Positions 13,354-26,047 of a stretch of DNA of 64,000 nucleotides are shown piece after piece. The translations under genes and the position numbers were made by a program. How positions within the stretch are numbered: position 1 is the stretch's first letter; each line of letters starts with the position of its first letter. The notes under the pieces were generated by a model. The model saw only the letters and a list, made by a program, of their open reading frames with translations. It was not told where the DNA came from and ran no database searches. The DNA comes from Chrysomallon squamiferum (taxonomy: Eukaryota > Animalia > Mollusca), in assembly GCA_012295275.1 (NCBI GenBank), contig CM022670.1:33852001-33916000 (forward strand). The letters run 5' to 3'.

Positions 13354-15705
13354 AAAATCATGAAGAAAATGTTTATTTGTATGATGAGAATTATATATCA
13401 TATTTGTAGATAGTAATGTTCAATATGTGTTTATTTCAGTGACTTTTAAAATTAATTTAGATGTATTCTGGTGAAATGTTTAATATTTGAATCTAACTGG
13501 TTCACATGTTCCCATTATGGTATCAGCCTTGGCTTCACTTAATAAAAACTGATTAAAGACAAAAATATCTTGTTGACATTACCAATTGAACAGGATGAGC
13601 ACCAAGTGGAATGTAATTTGGACATGGTATATAATCCCCTTCCATTTATGAAATTTAGATTATCCACCTTCACAAATATTCTTCAGATTAAATTTCTTTC
13701 CTTCAAACTTTCGTATTTTATACAAAATATTATCTCAAATCATTGATTTATTCACACCATTAACATTTATTTATTAATATCTGAAATAATTCGATAAGTT
13801 ATACATAATTATTTATGTTTTACAGAAAACTTTGATTTTATCTTTGCACCGCTAAATAAAATAAATAAGAATGAGATAAGCATTGCTCCAAATATTTTGC
13901 AACAATATTTAAAGTTATAAAAATTGCTTTGAATATCAGTGAATGTCCTCTAGTTTATTTGTCTTTATTTATTTTGTTTTTAAACATTTGTTATTTTTAA
14001 AATATTTTATATTTAATTATTTCTGCTGTATTACAGCATTTAATGGCAATAAAGTAGCTGCATGAATAAATTTAATATGTATGACAAATATTTATGAAGG
14101 CTGGGTGATATTTTCACATTAAGACTAAATATCTCCTTTATGTGTATAAATAATGCGTACAAAAATGAATACGGAAATTAGATAAATAAATCGAGTACAT
14201 CGAAATTATTCAAATGATCGCAAACATGGAAGCATTTAATAATGACTAACGACTTATAATTGTGTATCTTTTAACAGAAAAGCTTATGTAAAACAGACTT
14301 AGCTTACTTGGGCTTGTCAGCGGAAAGAATGTAAAACTTAAATATTTTTAATGGTTTTCTAGTTTCGATTTCGATTCTATTTTTGGAAACCCACATCATA
14401 AAAGTAGTTGGACTGGTTTTCGGAGATCGTTATTGATATTTAACATTTTTCTGGGGAAACCAGTCAAATAAATAATTCCTGAGAACATGATTCTCATACT
14501 GAGAGCTTTTCGCAGAAACTATTAATAGTTTTTAAATTTTCTTTCATAATATTATTTAGCTTTTGTGTTTACAAATAATGTAAACAGTTGGAAGAACAAA
14601 GAAAGAGAGATAATACATCTTGTATAACAAGGCACTTTATTTTGATTAATTTCATATTTTTAGACAGTTTTTTCTGATTAACAATTAAATAATTAATAAA
14701 TTGTTAATTATAAGTTAGTGTTTCCTATATAAATTAATTATTTTGTTTTCACTTATTTTATTTTTTTAATGTTTATTAAAACAAAATGTTAATAAAACTG
14801 AACATGATTAAATTCTTGACAAATGTAGGATATTTAGCAGCATGAAATATTTTGTGTGCACAATCTCATAAACATAAAAGGTGTCATAATGTTTATACAT
14901 TGCGGCAGCGATTATAAACAGAAGTGACCAATAAGCTAACAGCTTTAGGATAAGAGCTAAAAAATATATTATCAGTTCTTATTGATGGGCTTAATGAATA
15001 AATTAACATGAAAATGAACATTTCCAAACACACCTTACTTAAAATTAAGGAATTATTAATTCATTTGAGACCATCAAGATGTCAGATGAAACTTGTCAGT
15101 TTGTAGAATTGAAACAGATTACATCCTTAGATAAACAAGATCTGGAACAATACAGAGACATCATGTGAAACACTCAGCAAAGAATTAAATTTTTCTTTTT
15201 TTTTTTTTCTACTTTTCTTTTCCAACAAAGTTCAAAACAACTACGAATAAGTAAAACATGTTTATTAATCAAATGATACTTTATAGTTAAGTACAAAAAA
15301 AAAAAAAGAGAGAATTTTTGTTAAATGGTAGAAAAATACAGAAAGAACCCCCAACAAAAACAGCTAATAAATACTAATAAAAAATAATAAAAGAGAAAAA
15401 TAAAAAATAAAAATAGAAATAAAAAATAAAAATAAGCCATATGGTCCTTAAATGGTGCTACATAATTACAGCACAAATATTCTTAGGGAAAAGAACTAAA
15501 AAATTACCTGCTTCTTTACTGAGCTATTTTATAAAACCAAGCATCAAAGACTTTAAATAAATAAACATTCTGAACTTAGATATGTAAGATGCAAAGGCGT
15601 TTTTTGTTTGGAGGAGGGGGTTGTAATTTTATTTTCAGCATCTGGAGTTTCTGGGATAGCATCTGTTTCTCAATCATTGTCTAAAATTAAAAATAATTAC
15701 ACCTT

Positions 15706-15739
<34 letters not shown>

Positions 15740-16716
15740 TGTATGTATGCATCAAGAAATATTACAAAATGAAATTCATTAATAATTTCATTTATATAAT
15801 ATTACTCTCAAATGAATTTTTGTTTTAGTTTCATTTCCTTGAATTATTTGTCAAGGCATCATCATCATTATTATTAAACGAAAAAGCAATCAAAACAAAC
15901 ATTTTATATATATATATCACTCTTTATTCAAATAAAAGATTTAGTTTAAATATGAATAAAATTATATAAAAGAATAACATTTTCCCATTAAATATACTAT
16001 AAAACAAAATAGCACAATGATGTATATATTTCAATCTTTGTTTTAGTCTAATCTACAAAATATAACAAATTTTATTTAAATATTTCCTTTTAGTAACATT
16101 ATAAATATATATTTTTTAAATCACAGTTTTAATTTTTAATATTATGCACACACTTAAAATTCATATAAAGTAGTGAATAAAATATATAAATAAATACAGA
16201 TAAACATTATAATGTATTAATTTATAAAATAAAAAAGCTAAATACATTAGTGTTGCATGCTAACGAAAGTACAAAATAAAACAAACAAACAAAAGTTTTT
16301 GGGTTAATTCAAGGTTCCAGCCAGGTAAAAGAACTGCTTTCATTTTGCTTTATCTCTTTAAGAAAGTTTCCATTAATATGTCTTTACTGTTAAACATCAA
16401 TAAAAGTATGAAAAAATAACATTTTCCCATTAAATATACTATTAAACAAAATAACACAGTCATGTATTATATGTCCTGCACAGAAAGTGATACTGTATGT
16501 ATTATATGTATTTAGGTTCAATCTTTGTTTTAGAGTAAGCTATAAAATACAATACACTTTATTTAAATACTTGCCTTTAGTAACATTATATAATATACAG
16601 TTTAAAAAATATCAGTTTTAATTATTAATATTATGCACTCAGTTAAAATTCATATACATTGCTGAACAAAAATTATAAACATTATAATTTATTTATTTAT
16701 CAAGTAAAAAATGTTA

Positions 16717-16916
16717 NNNNNNNNNNNNNNNNNNNNNNNNNNNNNNNNNNNNNNNNNNNNNNNNNNNNNNNNNNNNNNNNNNNNNNNNNNNNNNNNNNNN
16801 NNNNNNNNNNNNNNNNNNNNNNNNNNNNNNNNNNNNNNNNNNNNNNNNNNNNNNNNNNNNNNNNNNNNNNNNNNNNNNNNNNNNNNNNNNNNNNNNNNNN
16901 NNNNNNNNNNNNNNNN
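16717..16916. other. Assembly gap (200 N); gene orientation flips across it
   Basis: Run of exactly 200 N, with minus-strand copies to the left and plus-strand copies to the right. Confidence 0.99.
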
Positions 16917-18406
16917 TTTCTTTTATATAGTATATTTAATGGGAAAATGTTCTTATTTTCATACTTTCATTGATGTTTAACACTTAAATCTTTTAATTGT
17001 AATAAAGAGTTTTATATACATAAAATGTTTATTTATTTATAGTCTTTGATGCTTGGTTTAAAAAAAATAGTTCAGTAAGAGGCAGGTAATTTTTATTTCT
17101 TTTTCCTAAGAATATTTGTGCTGTAATTATGTGTAGCATCATTCTATTTTTTTATTATATTTTGTTCTCTTTTATTATTTTTATTAGTATTTATTAGTTG
17201 TTTTGTTTTCTTCTGTATTTTTCTACCATTTAACAAAAAGTTTCTTTTTTTTTTGTACTTCACTACAAAGTATCATTTGATTAATAAACATGTTTTACTT
17301 ATTCGTAGTTCTTAATTTTAAAATGTAATTCTTTTGCTGAGAGTTTCACATATTCTCTATATTGTTCCAGATATTGTTTATCTAAGGATGTAATATGTCT
17401 GAATTCTCTTAAATGACTTAATAATTCCTTAATTTTAAGTAAGGTGTGTTTGGAAATGTTCATTTTCATGTTAATTTACTCATTAAGCCCATTAATAAGA
17501 ACTGATGATATATTTTTTTAGCTCATATCCTAAAGTTGTTACCCTATTGGTTACTTCTGTTTATAATCAGTGCCCGAGAACTGATGTATGAAAACTATGA
17601 CACCTTTTATGTTTATGAGAAGGTACACATAAAATATTTGTTCTTGCTAAATATCTATTTGTCAAGAATTTAATCAGTTATAGTTCTATTATCTTTTTGT
17701 TTTAATAAACATTAAAAATAAAAATAAGTAAAAACAAAATATTTTATTTATATGGAAACACTAATTTAGATTAGCCAGTTTATTAATTATTTAACTGTTG
17801 ATCAGAAAAAACTGCCTAAAAATATGAATTTTAACACAGGAATCAAAATAAAGCGCTTTGTTATACAAGATGCATTATCTCTCTGTTTTTCTTCTTCTAT
17901 CTGTTTACGTTATTTTTCATTATTTATTAATATACAATGATTTTATTTTTAAAATATTTACTGCAGTGAAGTAATTAATTGTAAGCCAAATTTTGAAGTA
18001 TCCAAATGTATACTTATCTCTCTATCTGTATGTAACAGTACACACATAGAGTGTAAGAACTGCTTCCATAGCCACCTCTAGCAGCCATTTTATATTTTAT
18101 TATGGGTTTGAACTCTATGCCTTCTAGTTTCTTGAGTGGTCATCACTGACAGGCTTGATCTGTGTATGAAAAAAATAAATTTTATAACGATAGTTTGTTT
18201 TAGGTATAACCACCTATCACAGATTCTGTCAGTGTCTGGAACAGGAAATTACTCCAGTGAGAGCACCAAGGAGTATTTGTCATATTAAAATATGCCACAC
18301 AAATTCTGTCGATTCATTCCGAATTCCAGTTTTATCACTCTTTGTTTGTTGGCATTTAGTAAATGTTTTATCTGTTTTTTTTAAACAAGATTTTATGGAT
18401 TTTCAG

Positions 18407-19354
18407 AAGATGATGGTGACAGAGTACAGAGTGATTTTAAATCCAAGAAGAAACAGAATGCTGGAATCTCTCAAGGAGAAGCACACAGCAAGAGAAAGCT
18501 GACGAAAAACAGTCGGGTGTGTGTGTTTTTAAATTTTTCTTTATTTAAATAATCATAGACACACATAAATTAATTTTAATAAAGTTTAGTCGGTAATGGT
18601 TATAAAAAATAAAAACATCTGTATGTTTACTTTATTGGAAGTCTGTTATTTTATGACATAATTAAATGACAGATTGTTTTGTTCACTTAATCTGGAGCAA
18701 GGTTGTACTTACAGCTTGTTCTATTAAAACAAATTTAATTGAACATCAGTTGTCTTACATAATGTACACAAAAAATAAAACAAAAATTAAATAATAATAA
18801 TAATAATGATAAATATTGGGTTGGAACAAAAGTTCATAACATTTTTTAACTGATATTCAAAGATAATATATAGTTTTGCACACACATTTATTCAACCACA
18901 TATATGTTCATTTTTCAGAATATATTCCAGTTATGTCTGAACTGTAATCACAGACTCGAAAGCCACCTATTCAAAAAACACTACAGAGGTTTTTGTTCCA
19001 GCCCGATAAATCAAAAAACATTTAAAAACTAGTCTGAACGTTATTTGTTTTTACTTTGCACTGCAGAAATAAAATTAGTCTGAATATTATTTGTTGTTTT
19101 ACGCTGGAAAAAATAAAAGACTAAACAGTATTTTTTCTTCAAATGTTCTTTCAGTTGTGACTGACTTAACAGTAAGCCAGCTAACAGATCTACTGAAAAA
19201 CGAATAAATTTATGGATGCAACCATTACGAAAATTGAAGAAAGACATACTGATGGGAAAATTCTTAAAGACATAGTGCAGAATGAAGAAGCACTGGATAC
19301 GGTTGTGATGCGGTTGACAAAATCAGACTGAAAGCATTATTCCATAAGAAATGA
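18407..19354 (+). pseudogene. 5'-truncated pseudogene (exon 5 + frameshifted SAM exon)
   Basis: Exon 5 (18407-18516) is 110 nt (+2). The SAM exon from 19155 reads AAC GAA TAA (+1 A, early stop). Exons 1-4 and the upstream motif block are absent; upstream flank joins intron 4 at ~17920. Confidence 0.8.
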
Positions 19355-20509
19355 TTTCTTTTACCTGGCTTGAACACTGAAATAACCCAAAAGACTTTTT
19401 GTTTGTTTGTTTTTTTCTATCTTTTTCTTTCTTTTTCTCATTAATATGCAATACTAATGTATTTAGCTTTTTTATTCTATAAATTAATAAATTATAAAAT
19501 TTATCAGTATTTGTTTTTATATATTTTATTCACTACTCTATATGAATTTTAATGTGTGCATAATATTAAAAATTAAAACTGTAATTTTGTAAATTATATA
19601 TTTATATTATTACTAAAAGGAAATATTTCAATAAAGTTTGTTATATTTTGTAGCTTAGACTAAAACAAAGATTGAAATATAATACATCATTGTGCTATTT
19701 TGTTTTATAGTATATTTAATGGGAAAATGTTATTTTTTATATAATTTTATTGATATCTAAACTAAAATCTGTCATTTTAATAAAGAGTTATCTATATACA
19801 TAAAATGTTTGTTTTGATTGCTTTTTTCGTTAAATGCATTACTGCACTATATATTTCGAATTGATAAGTGCATATAATAAAAATTTAAAATTAAATTTAT
19901 AAAGTTAATTTTCAAAACCTATTAGATTTACAATCAGTTTAATACCTTAAACTTAAAAAGTGTTCATACCACAAAGTGTACTCTGAAGAATGTATATTAA
20001 ATTTTTAAAAAAAAAGAAAAAAAAAAAGAAAAAAAAAACAAAAAACAAATTTAGAAGCATTGAGATTCACAGTAAACTCTATACATTTAAGAATTGTAAA
20101 GTGTAGATACGACACACTCTACTTTGAAGACTATATGATTTAAAAAAAAACAAAAAAACAAAACAAAACAAACAAGAAACCCCACAATAATAATAATAAT
20201 AATTATCAGTTATAGTTTTGTTACCATTATCTTTTAATCAATATTAAAAATAAAAATAAAGTAGAAACATAACAATTTATTTATGTAAACACTAATTTAA
20301 ATTAAACAGTTTATTAATTTTTTAATTCCTGATCAGAAAAAAAACTGCCTAAAAATATGAAAGGACATTACATTTAACACAGGGATCTAAATAAAGTATC
20401 ATGTTACACAAGATGAATTATTATTATTTTTATTTTTCTTGTAATTGTTTTTGTTATTTGTAAGCACAAGCTAAATAACATACCGGAAGAAAATTTTAAA
20501 AACCATTTA

Positions 20510-20670
20510 CAGTTTCTGCGAAAACCTCCGAGTAATTTATTCGTTCTTTTCCGTGATGTTGGTTTCCAAAAATAATATTAAACTGAAACTAGAAACTTTT
20601 TCACTTTCATATTCTTTCCGATGAAGAAAAGATGTGAAATAAGTGATTGATCTGACAAGCCAAAGTGAGC
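20510..20670 (+). promoter_or_regulatory. Candidate promoter block of copy C (shorter variant)
   Basis: TTCTGCGAA at 20514-20522, AAACTGAAACTAGAAACT at ~20580, TTTCACTTTC (GAAAGTGAAA on minus) at 20599-20608, donor-like gtgagc at 20665. Confidence 0.4.
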
Positions 20671-21774
20671 TAAGTCTGTTTTATATCTCTTCTGACAAGA
20701 ACAAAGGAGAACAAACAACTCATTAGACATTGTTATATGTATCTATGTTAGCGATTACTTGAACAATTTCGATGTAGTCGATCTGTTTATATAATTTCCG
20801 CATTCATTTTTTGTATTGATATTACCATATTATTTATACACGTAAAAGAGATATTAACTTTAAATATTGTTGCAAAATATTTGGAGCAATGCCAATCAGA
20901 TTCTCATTTCTTATTTCATTTAGCGGTGCAAAGATTTAATCAAAATGATGCTGCAAAACATAAATAATTATATATAACGTATTGAATTATTTCAGATATT
21001 AATAAATAAATGCTAATGGTGTGAATAAATCAATGAACTGAGGTAATATTTTGTTTGAATATACGAATGTTTCAAGGAATGAAATTTAATCTGAAGAATA
21101 TTGTTGAAGGTGACATTTCCTATATTTTGTTTAATGGTAGGGGATTATATACCATGTTCAAATTAATTTCCACTTGGTGCTCATCCTGTTTAATTGGTAA
21201 TATGAATAAAATATTTTTGTATTTACTCAGTTTTTTTAAAAACTGAAACCAAGTCTGATAACTTTGTGAGACCATGTGAAAGAGATATTTTTGAAGAAAA
21301 TGTGAACCAGTTAGAATCAAATACGAGTCATTTCATCAGATTACACCTAATCAAATTTTAAAAGTCAGTGGAGAATACACATAGTTAAATAAACACTTTC
21401 TTCATGATTTTTTAAAATTATTATTATTTTCTTAAATTATGTACATTTTACATTAATTTTAAGACTGAATATTTTGAAAATATTCATATATTTAGGTTTG
21501 TTTTCTTGACTGGATATTTTAGCCATAATTTCACAGTGTAAAGTTCTCCTTAGCAGTCATATTGTATTTTCTTAAATTTAAATTTTGATGTTAACAAATT
21601 TCCTTACTTTAGAAAAAAAAGCAACAACAGAAACAAAAAAATACATAAACTGAAAAAAACAAAAACAAATGAACTTATATAACTTAACAGCAAGTTCAAC
21701 TGAAATACACCTTTTAATAAAGATAGAGATAAAGAATTATGCAAGCCTAATTGATTGTAAATGGAGAATTTAAG

Positions 21775-21852
21775 GTATGAGTATAATAAAATTTTTAAAC
21801 AAAATGGTTGACATCAGGTGAAATGTGTTTTTTCTTTATTTCTACATTGCAG
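21775..21852 (+). other. Putative short 5'-UTR intron preceding the ATG exon
   Basis: Donor aag|gtatga and acceptor tttctacattgcag, 78 nt apart. Equivalent GT and AG sites are kept in the other ATG-bearing copies inspected. Stops in all three frames lie between the acceptor and the ATG. Confidence 0.5.
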
Positions 21853-21958
21853 AAAACATATCACTGGCAAAACTGGCAAGTCAGATAATTGACATATTTA
21901 AATGAACTGTTTATTTTCAAAGAGAAAAATATAAAAACGAACTAACGACACATACTAG

Positions 21959-22804
21959 ATGGAGCCAGAACAGAAAGACATGAGTAAATTAACTGGGGTT
22001 CAAGAAAGTAAGTAAAATAAATTGAATTTATTATTTTTTTTTTTGTTATTTATTAATTACTTTTTGTATGTTTGTACAAAATATTTATACAGAATAAACA
22101 ATGATAGTTTGGTTTCTTTGTTTTTTGTTTTTGTTTTTATTTATTTATTTTTTTTTAGTTTTGATCGTGCATCCTAAAATAATAAAAAAATTTGGAAATA
22201 CTCTTAACTGCCTTATCTAAATTCATCTGCACTGTTTTTTCATTGTTTGGCTTTGGTTTGTTTTATTTTCTTTATTTCTTCTAACTTTTAATTTCTTCTT
22301 TTTTTGTTTTTATCTTGTAGATTATATGTGCTTTTGTGATTTTTTATGTCTATCTAAATACATACACATACAGACAAACAGACAGAAAGAGATTGATCCT
22401 GTATTGGTCCAAAAGTGGCCACTTAAAGCCATCAAAAGAATCAAACGAAAAGGTTTAAACCTTATTTAAATCTTTCCCCTGTTATTACAAAGTGATGAAC
22501 CATTGCTGTATGTATGTATATGTGTGTATATGTTTGTTTGCGTGTGTGTGTGATACCAAGACTAAAACAATTCAGTTTTGTTTTCTGGTTGTAGCACAAA
22601 ATGTGGGTGGATCATCAGGTCTGGTTGTACCAACTGCTTCCAGCCATATATCTCTTTCTGAAGAAGCTGAGAAAGATGATGATCAAGCACAACCCTGCAC
22701 TGATCAGTCAAATAAGTTAGAGGAACAATGTGAAACAAGTAAAAAAATAAAGTTTTATGTTCTTATGGTCTGTATTTAATACTTTGTTTTCAAGTGTTGT
22801 TGTT

Positions 22805-22845
<41 letters not shown>

Positions 22846-23949
22846 ATAGTTTATATTATGAACTTCATTCAGAAAAAAAGAAGATATGTTTATTTTCTTC
22901 TAGGTCATACCAGACCATTACGCATTTCTATTAACTGAACGGTTGCATATTTAATCAATAAAATAATTTGTTGAATACTGGCAAAGCATATTTTATATGA
23001 CTTCCGACTTACAGGAATGTACATACCAAAGCTTCCTACAGGCAAGCCAGTGCTAGTTTATAATATGTTTTTTTTTATGTTAAAATTCATTGTTAATTTG
23101 TTGAAACTCTTTTTTCTATTATAAGCAAATTTTACATTAATTATTATGTATATTATCTATCTTTATATAAAACACACACAGAATAAGAATTGCTTTCATG
23201 GCCACTCTGTCTGACAGCCTCCTGCCTATAACAGCCATATTGTATTTTATTATGGGTTTGAACTCTATGCCATCAAGTTCTGAGTACTTCCTTGAGTGGC
23301 CATCACTGACAGGCTTGATCTGTGTATGAAAAATAAGTTTTATAATGGTAGTTAGTTTTAGGTATAAGCCACCTACCACAAATTCTGTCAGGGTCTAGAA
23401 CAGGAAATTACTCCAGTGAGAGCACCAAGGAGTATTTGTCATATTTAATTATGCCACACAAATTCTGTCTATTCATTCCGAATTCCAGTTTTATCACTCT
23501 TTGTTTGTTGGCATTTATTAAATGTTTTTATCTGTTCCTTTTAAACAAGATTTTATGGATTTTCAGAGGATGATGGTGACAGAGTACAGAGTGATTTTAA
23601 ATCCAAGAAGAAACAGAATGCTGGAATCTCTCAAGGAGACGCACAGCAAGAGAAAGCTGACGAAAAACAGTCGGGTGTGTGTGTTTTTTAAATTTTACTT
23701 TATTTAAAAAATCATAGGCACACATAAAATCATTTTAATAAAGTTTACTCGGTAATGTTTTGAAAAACAAACACATCTGTATGTTTACTTTTCTTGGAAG
23801 TTTGTTATTGTCTGACATAATTAAATGACAGATTGTTTTGTTCACTTTATCTGGAGCAAGGTTATACTTACAGCTTGTAATATTAAAACAAAATTAATTT
23901 GAACATCAGTTTTCTTAAATAATGTATATAAAAAATAAAACAAAAATTA

Positions 23950-23993
<44 letters not shown>

Positions 23994-26012
23994 TTGGGTT
24001 GGAACTAAACATTTTAAAATTGTTTTTAACTGAAGAACAATATATAGTTTTGCACACAGATTTATTCAACCACATATGTGTTCATTTTTCAGAATATATT
24101 CCAGTCATGTCTGAAATGTAATCACATACTCCAAAGCCACCTATTGTAAAATAACATTACAGTCTTTTTGTTCCAATCTGATAAATTAAAAAAACATTTA
24201 AAATTTAGTCTGATCATTATTTGTTTTTAATTTACGCTGCAAAAATATAATTAGTCTGAATATTATTTATTGTTATATCCTGGGAAAAAATAATAGACAA
24301 AACACTATTTCAAAAGAAAAGCAAATGAAAAATACAATTATATATTTTAAAAGTACGGGTATTTTCTTTCTTTTTTAAACTTAATTTATTATTATGAAAT
24401 TAAAGGCACTATCCAGCATTTACTTGGTAGACAAAATACAGATATTTACACGTCCTTAAATATTGAAAAACATAATTCTTTTCAAGATTATCACATATTT
24501 AAAAAAATCTGTTGCTAGGACTCTAAAGCCATGGCTTGAAGTCTGGCAGTCAGCTCTTCCAGCTTGGTTTGCTTCTTCTTCTTTTGGCTAGCTTCTTCTC
24601 CTTGAGTTCTTCCTTTTTCTAACATCTACTTGAACACTTTGACATAAAACATTATCTGAAATTACTGAGTTTAGTTTGTGGGTCAGTGAACTGAAGGTCA
24701 ACATTAAGTTTATTGAATTACAAAATCATTTATTCCACTGGGATTATTTCAGTGTCTTACTACTATTATTTAAAAAAACTAGAAAGAAAGAAAAACTTTT
24801 GTTAACTGCTTTCGAGATATAATACAAAAATAGATAACTTCTTTGATGAACCGAAATATACTTTCATTTATATCCTTTCATTAACAAATTATTTAATAAT
24901 ACTATAGAAGAAGGACAGGTATGTGATGCTGGAGAGGACACTGGTGAAAGAGTAATGACATTCGAGAATTGTACGGGAACGATTGCTTCAGGTGGTGCCA
25001 GTTTCAACAATACAATTAATATAGGTTTGAACATTATTTCTATTGAATGAATGGTTGCATCTTTAATCAATAACATGCTTTTATTGAATATCAGCAAGGG
25101 ATATTTTACGCGTGTCTTCCCACTTTATAGGAACGTACATACCAGAGATTTTTAAAGACAAGCCAGTGCTGTTTTTTAATCTGTGTGTTTAACGGTAAAA
25201 TTAATTACAAATTTATTGAATGTTTTGGGGTTATTTTGAAGTAAATTTATTGATTAATTATTAAATTAAATGATTTTATTCTTCTCCTGCCTGTGACAGC
25301 CATATTGTATTTTATTATGGGGATTAACTCTATGCTTTCCAGTTCTGAATTGTTCCTTGAGTGGCCATTACTGACAGGCTTTATCTGTGTATGAAAAATA
25401 AGTTTTATAATGGAAGTTAGTTTTAGGTATAAACCACCTATCACAGATTCTGTCAGCGTCTGGAACAGGAAATTAGTTCAGTGGGAACACCAGGGAGTAT
25501 TTGTAATATTAAAATATGCCACACAAGTTCAGTTGATTCATTCCAAATTCCAGCTTTATCACTCTTTATTTGTTGGCATTTAGTAGATGTTTCATCTGTT
25601 CCTTTTAAACAAGATTTTATGGATTTTCAGAGGATGATGGTGACAGAGTACAGAGTGATTTTAAATCCAAGAAGAAACAGAATGCTGGAATCTCTCAAGG
25701 AGACGCACAGCAAGAGAAAGCTGACGAAAAACAGTCGGGTGTGTGTGTTTTTAAATTTTACTTTATTTAAAAAATCATAGGCACACATAAAATCATTTTA
25801 ATAAAGTTTACTCGGTAATGTTTTGAAAAACAAACACATCTGTATGTTTACTTTTCTTGGAAGTTTGTTATTGTCTGACATAATTAAATGACAGATTGTT
25901 TTGTTCACTTTATCTGGAGCAAGGTTATACTTACAGCTTGTAATATTAAAACAAAATTAATTTGAACATCAGTTTTCTTAAATAATGTATATAAAAAATA
26001 AAACAAAAAATA

Positions 26013-26047
<35 letters not shown>

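Larger units (their letters stand above)
7900..16716 (-). repeat. Inverted copy of ~37720-46450
   Basis: Reverse complement is collinear with copy F and its flanks (ORFs 9772/44147, 11263/42782, 12708/41503), with scattered SNPs and indels. Confidence 0.9.
16917..24400 (+). repeat. Large direct segmental duplication of ~51700-59200
   Basis: Homologous ORFs at 19041/53830, 21055/55852, 22492/57292 and 23522/58319; offset ~34.8 kb. Confidence 0.93.

Noticed and set aside
16659-16980. ORFs containing long X runs (also 63050-63425)
   Set aside because: Artefacts of translating through N gaps.
20924-21054. Stop-codon reassignment to explain in-frame TAA/TGA in the exon-like relics
   Set aside because: The intact family exons contain no internal stops and terminate at TAA or TGA, consistent with the standard code. 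The relics also contain frameshifts.
21055-21246. 63-aa ORF MNIRMFQGMKFNLKNIVEGDISYILFNGRGLY… (also 6700-, 55852+) as a separate gene or TIR-like domain
   Set aside because: It has a TTG start, the frame is broken in the B/D/E/F homologs, and the block is deleted upstream of G. Any resemblance to a TIR-like domain C-terminus is too weak to call without a search.
23137-23379. Recurring antisense ORF (MVGGLYLKLTTIIKLIFHTQIKPVSD…) as a nested gene
   Set aside because: Starts are non-ATG and variable, ends vary, and there are frameshifts in the 18.1k and 52.9k copies. It overlaps the MITE-like element, and recurrence is explained by duplication.
23522-23707. ORFs reading …FQRMMVTEYRVILNPRRNRMLESLKE…
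   Set aside because: This is an alternative frame over exon 5. The phase-1 frame (EDDGDRVQSDFKSKKKQ…) is the one that joins the neighbouring exons without stops.
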